A stretch of 51,307 nt of DNA from Phoronis australis (taxonomy: Eukaryota; Animalia; Phoronida), in contig NMRA01000049.1 of NCBI GenBank assembly GCA_002633005.1, positions 252,004 to 303,310 on the forward strand, in the 5' to 3' direction. The notes below the pieces were generated by a model. It worked only from the letters and a program-made list of their open reading frames with translations. It had not been told where the DNA came from and ran no database searches. Within the stretch, counting starts at the first letter, position 1, and each line of letters opens with the position of its first letter. Of this stretch, positions 32,732 through 46,300 are shown piece after piece. The translations under genes and the position numbers were made by a program.

Positions 32732-35037
32732 TGATACTTAACATTTGCCATCAGTTGTTGTTATGAATTTGTGGTGGGAATGGTTGATATAACTTCACCT
32801 CATTGTCATAATCGTGATTTGAGTGTTGCGCTAGCTGTTAAGTTGCGTTCCCTTCGTGTTATTTTCCAGATGTCAATACGAAATAAGTCGATTCTTTTGA
32901 AAGGGAATTAAAATTTGCTAGAAATGTTTTTATCCTTGGTTTCGATACTCAATTTGTCATAAAGGCATATTGTGAGAGGAATGTATTAGTCATCACTATG
33001 TCCCAATGGTCAGCAGTCACAGTTTGATGTCATGTTGGCCAATTCAGAATGCATATGAGATTAATATTGTGACGTTATATTTCGGTTTTATTGATGATTC
33101 TATGTTGCCACCAGTAACGGCCGGAATGGCAAGGTTATGTTCAAGTCAGTTGTTTGGTTGTTAAACAATAGAGCGCGCTCCAGACCAAATGTGCTCTGCT
33201 GTAATGTGGCAATAGAGTGCGCTATGATAAGCTGATGGTTCCTGTGCCCGCTGTTGGCTCACAGGGTGGTCGCAGAGAAAACGGTCAGGAATTCATAGAG
33301 CTGAAGGGAATAATAATTGGCTTTGCATGGGGTTGTAGAATGTTAGAGAAATGAACGTCTGGGTTGTTTTTGCAGTGAAAGGTAGCTTTAATGAACAACC
33401 CTTTGCTATAGCTCGGTCTGTTCACAACACCTTACTTCGTCCAGATTTGTACAAATATTGCTCTCGTCGTCAAGAGGACTGTTTATCGTCAGGGAATCTG
33501 ATTTCAGTAAGGTCCTATTGTGTGGCCGTAGATCAATTACCGCATCAGTAAACTATAGTTTCGCGGCAGTAAAGCACTTGTTAAAATAAATTGATGCATC
33601 TTGAATTAAAACTGGTAATTTTGAATAGTTTGGTTTCGGAATATGAATTCCTCGTAAATCGTTTTTATCCCGAAGAAATACGCCAAGAATTGGCCAAACG
33701 AGGTGCAGTATTAGGTTTCGATCCTATGTCACATGTTAATGAGTGGTTTGCCAACTCTTTAACTCAACCGTGGTAGATGATTGGTCTCCGCGTCATGATG
33801 CCGGACAAAAGAGCACGGAAACGGTTATCAGTAGGATAGATTGGTCGTCTCGCTTAGAGCCGGAAACCAAACGGGAGGTAATTTTGTCACGTGTGTATCT
33901 GTGAGACTGAGTGCTGCTGAAGCATTTTTCAATTATTGGAGTATTATGATACAAAAATGAGCCTCCTGCAATAAAAGTGGAAAAATATAACATCTTACTT
34001 ACCTGCCTAACACGTATAACCGGATCCCTACTAGTATAATTATACTTAGATTGTCAATCAAACTCTGAAGATGACATCCTGTCCCCGAATAATTCCACAG
34101 TATTTGCCCCAGCGGTACAAACAAAAATATAATATGACATGATGTTACGTAAGAAAATTGGACCCGCGATATTTTTTCCAACTGTTGGGCTAGCAAAAAA
34201 TACCTTGCCGTACATTTTTACACTGTGTGTCAACAGTTATTCATAGCCTACAAAATAACTCGACGGTAATGTTTCGTCATAACAGTTGGGCGGAAGCCGA
34301 CTCGTCGGAGTCGGCTGAACTTTTACTCACGAGCGAGAATGACGTAAAGTTAGGAAACTAAGTAAGTATGCAAGAGCCAATACAAAGCTGTGTTAAACGT
34401 AACAGAAAATTTCATTTTTACCGGTTTTACTACCTCCGCCTCCAAACCAAAGGAATTATCGCGCATTGCCTGGTATCCCCATCCCCGAGGATTTCGAAGG
34501 TGAACAAATGACAGTTTGCTGTTTACAGCCCGCTGTCCCGGTACTCCCTGGGAGTAATATGTTTCTTGTTATGTAAATTCATTATAGTCCTAGCTGATAA
34601 TGTTATTGGGTGGTTTATTCACGGGAAGTGTATATTGTATATCGTTTTTCAAATATACAAATTAATACAATACACATTTATGAAGGAAACATGTTCAGAA
34701 CATATGTAAACTCTTTATTAAAGAAACATTCTCACTTCTGTGTTATCCATGTAAGAGACGCTGTTATTTATCATTTTGCATCAACACCCACACTGAGTTA
34801 CGTATTTATCGGCGCTGAGAATTTGCTCTGCATTGTAATCGCCGCCGAGTTGGTTTCCATTAAAGAAAATTGCCCGTATGCCAATCACAGTCAAGGTGTA
34901 CACGCTCAACGGAAGCAGTATATAACGAGTCCGGTGTGCGATCTTGATACACACTCTGAACAAAATTTCGAGAGTATGGCAGAAGCATAAAGGATTTGTT
35001 GCTTCTTTGGTTGGTCTCTCGCATCATGTCATTCTAA

Positions 35038-35077
35038 TGACGTCAGGGGTGAGCAAGCTCTGAAGGTGCTTTAAATA
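35038..35077 (+). promoter_or_regulatory. Candidate GPCR promoter (CRE plus TATA-like box)
   Basis: TGACGTCA at 35038-35045 and TTTAAATA at 35070-35077, about 500 bp upstream of the GPCR ATG. Confidence 0.4.
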
Positions 35078-35574
35078 TCTATCAGTCTAGTTAGTGGGTA
35101 TACGTGTTTCTAGACGATTCGTGGGGCATCCGTCGTGTGCGTATCGTGTTTTGCAAAGTATCGTATCTTCTCCGCCGGTGGAGAAAAGTGTGTGTAAAAG
35201 CTTTATGTTTTGATGTTTTGGGATTAAAAGCGAATTTTTCAAATGTTTCTTTACCAACAGTGAAGCTGACGTGACAGTGAAATCAACGTAACCATATCAG
35301 GATTTCTGATCGAACTGGGTCTGGGTGCCGCCGCTATGTGATTGATTTTCCATATTTATATGCAATATTTTGGAATGGATACTAAAACTGGAATGCAATA
35401 ACCACAGAAATTTGTGACGTAGTCGTAATCTTCGTATCTCTTGGGAATACGTAAAGTTCTCTTTATTTACGAAGCACCCGAGTAAATCATCAGACCAATC
35501 AACACCTCCCTCGAAGCACCTCATGTATAGAGCATACAAACTATAGAGCGAACTCGCGTGCCAACAACACAACT

Positions 35575-35866
35575 ATGAACGCCAGCGAAGAGATCCCATA
35601 CAACATATCAAACGTCGTGCACTTGGCTATAGAGACAACGACGCTGTTTGATCAGGACGCGTACTTAGAGAGTCAGTTAGGGCCCAAGAGACGAGATTTT
35701 GTTAGCCGTATTGTGTTGACAATCGTCTACATAATAATTTTCTGCACGGGAGTCTTCGGGAACATTTGCACTTGCGTGGTGATTTCCAGGAACAATCATA
35801 TGCACACGGCCACGAACTACTACCTTTTCAACTTGGCCATATCGGATCTAGCTATTTTGATATTAG
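35575..35866 (+). CDS. First coding exon of a class A neuropeptide GPCR, neuromedin-U/capa/pyrokinin (PRXamide) receptor family; 3'-partial
   Basis: N-glycosylation sequons (NAS, NIS), YLESQLGPKR, TM1 ...TGVFGNICTCVVI, MHTATNYYLFNLAISDL (TM2), donor G|gtaagt. No downstream TM3-TM7 exon was recognised in the window. Confidence 0.9.
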
Positions 35867-37640
35867 GTAAGTAGCGCTGGTTTATTCATTCGAAGCTGCG
35901 TTTCTCATAAACAAGTTTCTAACCGTCGTTTTGTTGTCAGACAATCGCTTGATTAAAGTTGAACAATGATATCTATCACATCAACTCTACATCAACTTCT
36001 CTCATGCTCTAGCTAAACGTTTGGACTACCTTTCGCGCCGCTGAATCCCAGCGCGTCTGTTGTCATTGCTATTCGAGCTACTTTTTTGTAGTTTCCATGA
36101 TTGCTGCTATTTTGCAGGGCCTGGTAAATAATTTGATTCAATTTTCACATTATTTCACACGTCGTCTGACTACTGGGTACTGGCTCATAATTTGTACTTA
36201 ATGAATATTTTATGAGAGCAGTGTTTGTACCGAGCGTTTATGCTGGTTCGTCTCTTATGACTTTTAAATTTGCCGGAGCGTGTTCAGGACAACCGCCGCG
36301 GATTACTGTAAATGTTGCGGCTCCCTCTCCTTGAATATCCTTGAAGAGGAAGTGTAATGGGAAGAAACACGAGAATAAAGTGAAACAGTCTTGCCGTAAG
36401 TCTATGTATCTTCCATTACTAATTGGTAAAATTACCAAAGGGTCATGGTTCAATTAAGTCGCAGTGAGGAAGTACTGGTAAGGGCACGGTAAAAGTACAT
36501 GATGTGGTATTGCACCGCACAATTGATGGTGCTCTGGCTGATCTAGGATGTCGCTAGAGGGAGGCCAACCACGATTTTCGAAAGAAATGTGTTATGTCTC
36601 GCGTGTTCCTTAAAATTGGCATGCTGGATTCCCTCTTTCGTGTATATTAAGCGCCACCTGTGAATCTCCGTTAACCTGTCTCGCTCTAACCGAGTAACGC
36701 AGAATTGTTAGTGAACCAAAGAGTTCTTAACCCTCACAAAAATTGATTTAATGGCTTTAACTAGAAACATATTTCAGAGCTGGAAAGGGCCACCCGTTGT
36801 CATAGAGACGCCTAGTTCCGTTAGTGTTTCTCAAATGAAATTATCGCTGTTTTCCAACTGACATGCTGCCTGTTCCAGTCGAATGTTCTCACAGCAAAAG
36901 CGATTTAAATAAATTGGTGTGACATTTACAAAGATTAGCGCTCCATTACTCCTCAGTAGTTTTGATGTTGATCAAAGGGACAGATTTCCAGCTAATTTGT
37001 TTTTCATGGCAAAAATACGTACGTAAAAATCGCTTCACTTTTATGTCGTTATTTTGACTAATATTAAGTAAACCTGCGCGTTTTGAATCTACCAAGGCAC
37101 GGCCTTCTTTGAAAAATACTAGGTATTGAATAACCACCTAATCACTTAACACCCACGCAGATGTAACTTAAAGAGACATTATCGGCGGAACCGAGTGCCA
37201 TTCTGAGACCAGCCTCATCGGAACTATATCTGCCCAGGTGAAAGACAATAATATTTTATGTGCATTTATCTGGTAGTGGCCGGCCTCGATTTCATATGTA
37301 GCAGACAACGGTGAGAATGGGTTTGTAATAAAGTCAACAAAACACAACGGATTTTGTTGTCTTATAGCTCTGGTGACTTTAAAAAGTTTCTCCCACCCAA
37401 CAATAATCCCCTAAATGCAAGTATCAGCGGAAAAACCGATGTTCACCCTTTATTTTGTCCCTACCATTTGAAAAATTAATGGCAATGGGAAGCCTTTAAG
37501 CTGATTTTAATCATTAAAATGCCTTCCAAACTTAATAATGTATTTTTAAGGAGTACAAGCTATTCTTTTCTCTTTTGAAAGTTTTGAAACTGTTTAGAAG
37601 GCCTGTTTCCCGATTTTTCTTGGGAGTTTATGGGAGACAG

Positions 37641-38331
37641 CACTGGCGGATCTAGGATGTCTGAGAGGGGACAGTACTCCCGGCTCCCACTTGTCCGACC
37701 CCACGATATAAAGGGCGTGGGAAGTCTCCAATTTTAGTTCCTACTTATAACCTGATTCCAACAAGGAACGAGAGACCACGTGTTCATTTTGGTTCATAGT
37801 TGAAAGAAGGCTACGCATGATAGTATGGTTGAGAGTTGAAATGATTGTACAGTCTCCCCGTTATGAAGTTAGAAACTGGATTTGATCAAGACGATTACTA
37901 CTAGTTCCATCTATCGCCACATAAATAGTGCTTGAAATTTTGTGCTTGTGCCTGATTTGGTGCTCGTCACTGTCAATTGAAAGGTATATGCAAACATGAT
38001 TTTTTCACTGGCGTAGGCGATTCTGTTGGAATTTACAGAAGTTTTTAAAAATTGGACTCAAGCTGAAAACGGCTGTGATCCTGAAAACCAAATATAAGCA
38101 CATTCCTGAAAGCAGGAAAACCAAATAACCACATTCCTAAATGCCACAGCAGACACTCTAGTTTTGGTACATTTACACAGAATGCTGAGAATTTGTAGGG
38201 CAGTTGTTCCACAGACTACAGTAATTTTTTATTTTGATATTCGTAACATAACGGATACTAGGGGATACACGTGTGCTTAACCTTCGACAATCATGTCAAG
38301 CTCCCTTCACTAGATCCTAGATCCGCCAATG
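37641..38331. mobile_element. hAT-like non-autonomous element
   Basis: TIR CACTGGCGGATCTAGGA / TCCTAGATCCGCCAATG; no TSD seen; another left-end copy at ~36532-36563. Confidence 0.55.
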
Positions 38332-38692
38332 CGTCATTCCAACTCTCGTGAAGGTTTGCACAGTGACCTACAATACTTTCACCAAAACAGTAGGATGGGC
38401 GTAACATATTTATTCGTATCCTCGGAACTAAGTTCTACACTCAACGGACGTTGGTGAAGCACGTGACCAAGAGACATGACTAAAAGACACATATATTTCG
38501 AAACACACTTAATTGTTTCATTCTCAAGTGGAAACAAAATGGAGCAGTAATACCACAGAGCAAAAACTGGAGGCATAGGCTTACTCGGTGGGACACGGCA
38601 GGAGTGAAATACTGCAAAAAAGACAAATGAGGGGGTAACAGGAAAGTCAGGCAAACAATTGTGCGACACTGTTTGCTGCTCATTCAAAACAG

Positions 38693-38843
38693 CCTCCCGT
38701 TCAGTAACGCTAAGACCTCTCTAAAAAGCAAGACTTCGCGAGATTACGTGAGATATTGCTGTGCATTTTAAATGAGAGCACGTGACTTTGACTAGGCTTT
38801 AGCTAGGTCCTAGCGTAGATCCTAGCGTCTACTGAACGCACGC
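38693..38843. mobile_element. 150-bp MITE, Harbinger-like (copy 2)
   Basis: Full-length homolog of 7308-7457; CAG on both flanks. Confidence 0.8.
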
Positions 38844-40121
38844 CAGGTTTCTGGAATGCAATCAAAGGGTCTCCAACACTTTCAATTGCAGGGCATCCTG
38901 CTCTACGTGTTTTCCACAGTATATATCGCATTCGTGTCAACTCAAAAAAAACATTCAGCGGTTTAACTTTTCAAACACCAGCTTTGTCAAAAATACAATG
39001 AGTTTTTCTTTCTCCGCGAAAGAAGTGCACCGAGTTTTAACCTGACTTTTTATTTTTCTCGAGCGTCATTCGAATTGTGACTGAGACACATCAGATTGAA
39101 ACTGAACCAAAAAATGTATAGTGCGCTTTTCATGCCCATATTCATAACTTCGATTAAACATTAGGAGAGTACAAAACAATGTTGTCGCGAACATTACATA
39201 TCGTCAACCTTTCCCCAATTCCGTGAGCTCCTTTCCGGAGCATTAAAGTATGGTGTCAAGATACCTTTGAACTAAAGAAAAAAATCGGAAGAGATGGAAA
39301 TGAATATTCCCCGTGGTTCTTTCGCTGTCGTGAACGTTATGGTTGATTTGAGAACACCTCCAACATTATATCCGAGCAATCTCTTTCTTGTCTTTCTTTG
39401 GGCGCTTGGTTATTTTTAACGTTTCCCGACAGGGACAAGGTTGCCGCAAAGGAAAAGAATAAGCATTGACTGCGAGATATCTGTCTTCGTAATTGAAATT
39501 CAGGAAATATAAACTTCGACACTGATATGACTCTGTTTATTGTGATATCGCGTAGATTACATATACAGTGTAAACCCCATACTCATCACAACGCTAAACT
39601 TACAAGGCGTGTAAAGATCAACCGCTCCATTGAAAACCGAATACTCGGAATATCTTCATTAACCTAATTATTGAACTTTAGAACTAGGCAGTTTTTCATA
39701 TTTTGTTTGTAGCATGTGTTGTTGAATACATGGTAAAACTAATTCAGACACAAGAATCCTTTTAAACTTAGGAAAAATCTGGCGATTTAGACTTTGTTTC
39801 TGAAATCATTTTTCAAGCTGGCGTATGACATTACAGCGTTTTAAGTAATGATCGTCTGCTGTTGAAAGCCCGCAGAAAAGCGGCTTCATTTCCCCGTGTT
39901 AACATCATTGAAAATCCGATGGCAGTGTCAGACTACAAAGTAATTTTTACCTTATTTCAAAGGTATCGCGAGGACATCTGGGAAACTGAATCCTTTTACT
40001 ACAATGTTAATCTAACGCGGATTTCGCCACTGTCTAACTGTCGATGTTGAATTTGTAACGGAAACGAATTCATTTAAAACAATGCCTCACTTAATCTATC
40101 CTAATGAGCTGACAACTTATA

Positions 40122-40380
40122 CCGGGGTTTTCCGTAAATAAGCCCACCCGATGAAACGCCCACGGGCGTTTACTCGGAAAATTATGCCGAGTAGACACCT
40201 AAGGGCGTTTATTTGGTGTTACAACCTCTGATGCCACGTGTCCAAATGATGAGGCGTTTATTTGGAAAATTTTCTTTTAAAAGTCCACTCAGCATCAACT
40301 TTTAGCCGTAAATAAGCTTTTGTGGAGTATTTATCCTTTATAAAAACGGAAAAAAGTGCTGTTTAAAATGAATTTTTACT
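40122..40380. mobile_element. Non-autonomous Tc1/pogo-like element (copy 2)
   Basis: TA|CCGGGGTTTTCCGTAAATAAGCCC terminus; inverted homology to 18100-18245. Confidence 0.65.
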
Positions 40381-43300
40381 AATTTTCGCGTTCTATGTCC
40401 TTTGCATTCTCGCCTCAGTAATGTTGACTGTAAATTGCGACTTCTTAGTTGATGGCAATTATTTGAGACGTTGACGAAGCAGGTGCTCATTTTCGTAAGT
40501 AAATACTAGGACAGAGCATTATGAATGTCTGCGCAAAGATAATGATAATTATTGTCAAAGTTCACAGTCGAGAAAATACGCGAGGCAAAATGCGTTTGTA
40601 AAATATGTTCAAATCAGTACGTGGCGACAATAGTTAAACGTCGGATAACGTAGCCCGTATCTGGTCATTCAAAATGTGGGGTGGAATTTTATATTTCCTT
40701 TTTCTTCAATCCCAGTCAGTTGTCGGCCTTTTACAAAATGTGGCTGCAATTAAGCTCCTACGACGTGCTCTTCTATTAGTTCAAAAATTTCGTAATGCCA
40801 TTTTACACTTCCTTGCTCTAGCGCCTTTTCCCAAAGCAGCTGTGTGGAGACGGACGTTGTGCAATAAAAGCCAATGCGTGCAGCTAACGGAAAGTTGTCA
40901 ACGCATCAAAATGAACTGATGGTATAGTCCTGCTATCGTCAAAACTTTTCGAGCTTCGTGCAATGGAATTATTTGGGAAATTATTATCCAATGTTCAGTT
41001 TCCCCGAATGTACATTTGAAAAATTCGTTTGCAAAGAAGCCTTGTGCAATAACAGATGAAACATTTTGATACGTTAATCATGCATGGCGCCATTGGTTTT
41101 TTGTTTTCCCATGACAGTTTCGTAAAAAGGTTTTAATTTTCTCCCTAACGTTGACTACTGAGAATTTGCCAACATTCTACGTAATTGCTTTTTAACATAG
41201 AAAGCTAATAATGGGAAAATGGTGAAGATACCAACATAATTCGGCGTGTCTTAATGCCACTTAATTCACAATGTGATTAACGGTAGTACAGCTGACGTTA
41301 GTCGATTCCTTGCAATCGCATAGCAGCGGTGCATCCTCCACTCTCCTGGGAAGTGAACGTTGGCTGCGCCTAGAAAGTCACGTGTGACTTTGAAAGCTTT
41401 TTGACTTAAGTTTGCTCATGCGCAGGTGACGTTCACCTGAGAGGAGAAATTCGAGGCTACGGAAATACCCAAGATATTCTGGACGAAGTAAGATATATTT
41501 ACAGTGCTTTTGTCAAATACCAGCGTTCAACTATAATAAAGCGCGAACAAAATTAGATACGCAAATGTCCAAATGATTCTATTTCACGGGTTTGATTAAT
41601 GGTCTGCACAATCTCACCAGGTTTGTCTCGCAAGAACGCTATACGTAAAAGACCTGTATTCTGAGCAATTACAAGACGATCAGACGGAGGTCAGGGGATC
41701 AAAAATCACGTGATGTCGAAATATCAAGTCGAGCTTGTCACACTCCCTGATATCACTAGAAATCATCAGATATTCCTGAAGAGTACTCGTCCAAGTTGAG
41801 ATCCGTGACTTATTTTTAGTTATTCCCCGAAAACCAGGAGCCCGTTTTGCCAGAGGTCGTAAAACTAATCGTAGCTAAGTTGGTTGTTGGTACGTCATTG
41901 CAAACACGACGCTGCATTTTCTTAGAAGTGCAAAAACGTTGCAACAAAATTAATAACATTCAAGCATCGATCGGTGAAACCCCTTCGGGGAAACTCGTAC
42001 AGAGAGCTTTGCTCCTGGCTAGCCGACGGTCTAAATTAGGCATCTGCTATGGACATAGTAATTACTGAATTGACCATGTGCTTTGTCAACCAATTTATGA
42101 CTAACAAATTACTAAACATTGGATGCCATCCATGGTTTTGCAGTAATAAAATGTTAATGAAATGTGTAATCAACAATGATGCATGAAATAGGTAAGAATC
42201 TTTAAACAAATCGTATTTCATCGACAACATTCAATTCAACTGTAAAGTAGATGTACGAGAATACGCATTGCACTCGCTTCATTCGTAATGTCTCAAATCA
42301 AAGTAAAGTATATCTCATCAGTCGATATCCGGGAGTCAAACGAATACTCGAGTGTATACTGAATCTCAATACATCTAATGCGCTGTACTTTGAACTGCCG
42401 AATGAAATCTCAATCATAACCCAAGAGTGCCAAATGAGATTAATCCGGCACAACTGTGGTGTACATGCACACAGAGTAGTTAATGAGTTCGTTTGTACAA
42501 CATCTTCATTAGTCCCACTTCCCCAGTGAATTTCTCGATTGTAGCTCAGAGATTTGGTTAACTGAAATGACATTTAGATATATTAGCATTTCACGCAGCA
42601 TTAATATTGCGTAGTCGCTCTTTTAACCGCCGAACATGCTGTACTATTGTAATGCGGCATTTTCTTAGTGAGATTTATTTTCGCAGCAGTAGCGTATATC
42701 GTGTAAGTGCCTCTGAGGCAAGCTGACTGATTGCTAGCTACTCCCACGTGCTGAATGGACTTAAGGTGGAGTTCCGACTGTTATCCCCTAGGACGTCAAT
42801 GTCGCTGTAGCACTACATTGAATACTACATGTATACTACAGCGCCCTTTTGAAAACTAGGTTAATCGTGCAGTGTGTTTTTACCTCCGTAAAAGAGAGTT
42901 GAATTCGGGAAATGGTTTGAAGTGGAAATTACAAGCTAATAGATTATTTCTGTAATTGCTTAGCCAAATTAGCTAGAAACACAATATGAAGCGACGATGT
43001 GAATATGAAGTAGCTTGAAAGTTGTCACTAAATGTTTTAAGAACGAGTTTTGTGGCGAAAATGACCCGCCGCAAATCAACGAAATGCGTCCAACAAGTAT
43101 CGTGACGTGGTGGTGGGCTATGTGAGCTTGCGAGGCACGTCATCGGTCCAAAGGTCACCTATTTGCAGATTTTTTTTTTCACTTTTACAAATTGTCAATG
43201 AACACATCTGCACTTTCTTTAGCGTAGAATATGTTAAAATGATATTGTCGCTGAGTTCCTGCTATACATTAGCATAGTTAGGAGCATCAGAAGACATGGC

Positions 43301-46300
43301 TATGGGACAAAAATGCCCGGAAGAGAATTTCATGTAAAGCAGAATGTACAACTTGTGATCAGTTGATTTCACCCTGCTAGCTGGCTAATTTGATTCTATT
43401 CCGTTACTAGTACCAACTCAAGCCTCAGGCAATGCGTACATACGCCATTTTCGCGTACGCAATTTCAGGGCTCAACAACCCCTATAAACCCAAGAAGCGA
43501 TTTTTGTATCCATGCATGGTTTCGAAGTTCTTGGTAACGGAAATGGAATCCCATTACGGTAAGCAATGTTACGAGACTGGTCACCTCAACAAGGAGAAAT
43601 GCAGCTTTAACGGAAGAAAACGTTGTTTTTGTCGTTTCTGGCATATGCAGCAGGAGCTAGCCTTCCATTACGCTGCTGCGGTACATGTACCCATGGCAAA
43701 GTAGGATGCCGTAAGCATCTTGTGATGTAATTTCTGCAAAAATGCTCTCAGTCAGATGTTAAAAATTTTACCATTTTTTGTAATATGTAGTGTGCTGATG
43801 CTGTCTTCAGATTCTGGTGTCTACACTCGGCTGCGTGAACCTATACAAAATTGTATCTACCATGTCAAACGTGGCCTCGGCTGGCGAAGATGTTAGTTTT
43901 GAGTTGTCTCGACGTTTGTATGTCATACCTTTCTTCAGGTGAAAACTAACTTTGTAAAGTGTTTTGATGTCACCTTTACTAAAAATACAAATCCCTCGTT
44001 ATCTTAAAGCCCGCTCAGGTTAATTTTCTACGGATTTTTTTTTCCGTAAAATGAACAACGCTTTAGAGACATTTTCAGCGTAATTGTTTTTCCCTCGTCA
44101 TTTATTGACTCGTTAAGTTTTACATAGGTTTACTATTACAAAATCAGCAACATAAGAAAAGAAAAATGAACGTTTGGTGAAAAAGTTGAACAAATGTCAT
44201 TCTGCTCGCTGCAAGCGAAAGCAGCTTACACGATGGATGCCTAATATTGGGCCGTTTACGTCACTTCCTGTATCGTTGCATGCCATCCGATCAGAAGGTA
44301 CGTCTCCGCCGCCTGTATGAATTTTAGTAAGAACGACACCAAGATCATTTCTCCCCAGTAAACTAAGTGTATAGAAAAGTGCAAAGCTCCTAACTGGTTT
44401 GTAATAATAAATAGAGACCTTAACTGCAGTTTTAAAATAGACTACTTCAATTCACGCCATAGATTCCCCGAGATCATATTATGGATATCCGCTAGCGCAG
44501 CAAAACGCTTCCACGATAGGAAATAGTGACCAGATTACGTTCATGCAAGAACAGTGGCCGTGAAGTGCACTTCCGACACAAAAATCTATCACACTGTCAA
44601 TGCACGTACATTCCACAAAAAGACGTGTTTTATTTGAAAATGATAAAGGAATATGCCTTTTGAAAAGTGATGATTCATGAAAATCCTTCAACTCCATTGA
44701 ATAATGCGATAAACAGGAACATGTGCATAAGAAAAACAAGGTATAAAGACTAATCATTAAACCTTGCTTAGCTGCTTTATAGCGGAAGAACGGGCATTCA
44801 ATCAATAATTTTTTTCTCGTCGCACCTGATCGGGCACGTGAGTGCGAGATTTTCCGCGGTTTTTACGATGGACTAACGCAAGACAAAAGTCTATTTGTTG
44901 TTTTTTTGATTTTTCTTAACTAAATGCATTTTTAAAAATGACCCCGAGATGTTGATTGAAAGGTTACACAACTTATTTTGACCCATGGTTCAAAACTTGC
45001 TTACATGTGTGGTGCATCGTGTTCACAGATGAGCATAGTTTGCGATTTTGAGTCATAAATGTTACCCGAGAATCAACGCGTTTGCGAAGTTACATACTCT
45101 TGTAAGCAAACGCCAGACTTGGCTGATGCGCGTGTGTGTACGTGAAACATTCTCTTAAGACAAAGGACTACTAGTGTGCTTGGCGGGGTAGAGGTAGTGT
45201 TTTCTGTGGTAAACTCATTGCCCGCTTTTGATATGGCACTTAAATTTCAAGCAAATACAACAAAGCTGTATCTGCTTAGACTGATTGCGTATAAATATAT
45301 TTTCACCCGTGTTCACATGGAGTCCATGAAGGTCATACGTTGGGTCTGCTTTCAAAAAATTCCAAATGAATGTGAATGCGCGTCAGGGGCTTCTGGTCTG
45401 CCTTACCGTCCATCCCCCGAAATCTCACGGCAGATCTGCCTTCTTTGATTGAGAGCGTTACATTCGAGCGTCCTATATTGTTCTCCCGTGATTGCACTAT
45501 AATAGTAGCGTTTCACACACTAATTACTCGTAAGACGATAGATTGGATGCCTTTGTGAGCGCTCCAGTTGTCAGACAATCTGAATTCTCATAAAAATTCC
45601 TAATTTGCACGCGGTACGTGTTTCATGTTTTGTCAAAGACAACGAGATCACCCTGTCTGACTATATTTGTGGTCAAACACTATTCTTCTTATATTTTGTC
45701 TGTCTCCTTTCTGATACTTGAGAAACTATTCGCTGTTTACCCCAACCTCCTCTTTCATTTCGAACTCCAGCCGAGTGTAAACAATGTTATGCAACGTTTA
45801 ATATCATCTCTAAGCACGGTTACATCAATTTAATACTGTAAGTAAACAGAACGATTGTCAATATCCCTTTCGTACTCAGCTTGGTGAAATTAAACGTCAA
45901 GCTAAGTTAAAACTGACACCAGATAAATGCCAGAGATGTCCAGCCACACAGGCCCGGAAATATTTAACACACACCGCTATTTTGATATGCTGGCTGGGTA
46001 AATAATACTGGGAAATACTGTTTAAGTTAGTTCATCCTTTACTTCGCTAATATTCTTATTATGTAATAGAATTGACTGGTTGAGTTGTAATGCTTATCGA
46101 TCTGTTATTCATAAAAAGGCTTCGAGTTTAATGAACATTGCCGTGTCAATTAAAAACATATTTTAGTTAATTTTCATTAATGTGCAATCTTTTTATATGA
46201 TGTATGAGCAAAACCTAACATTTTTGATGATCAACCATTGCTTATATGTCAAGAGGGGAATGGGTGCATAGAACTAACATTTGAATACAGTTGATCCAAG

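Noticed and set aside
34610-34990. 126-aa ORF upstream of the GPCR
   Set aside because: Non-ATG start, no family features, and composition like non-coding DNA
41970-42010. Hammerhead ribozyme around CCCC-TTCG-GGG-GAAAC
   Set aside because: The core reads TCGGTGA rather than CTGANGA, and no stem I or proper stem III pairing forms
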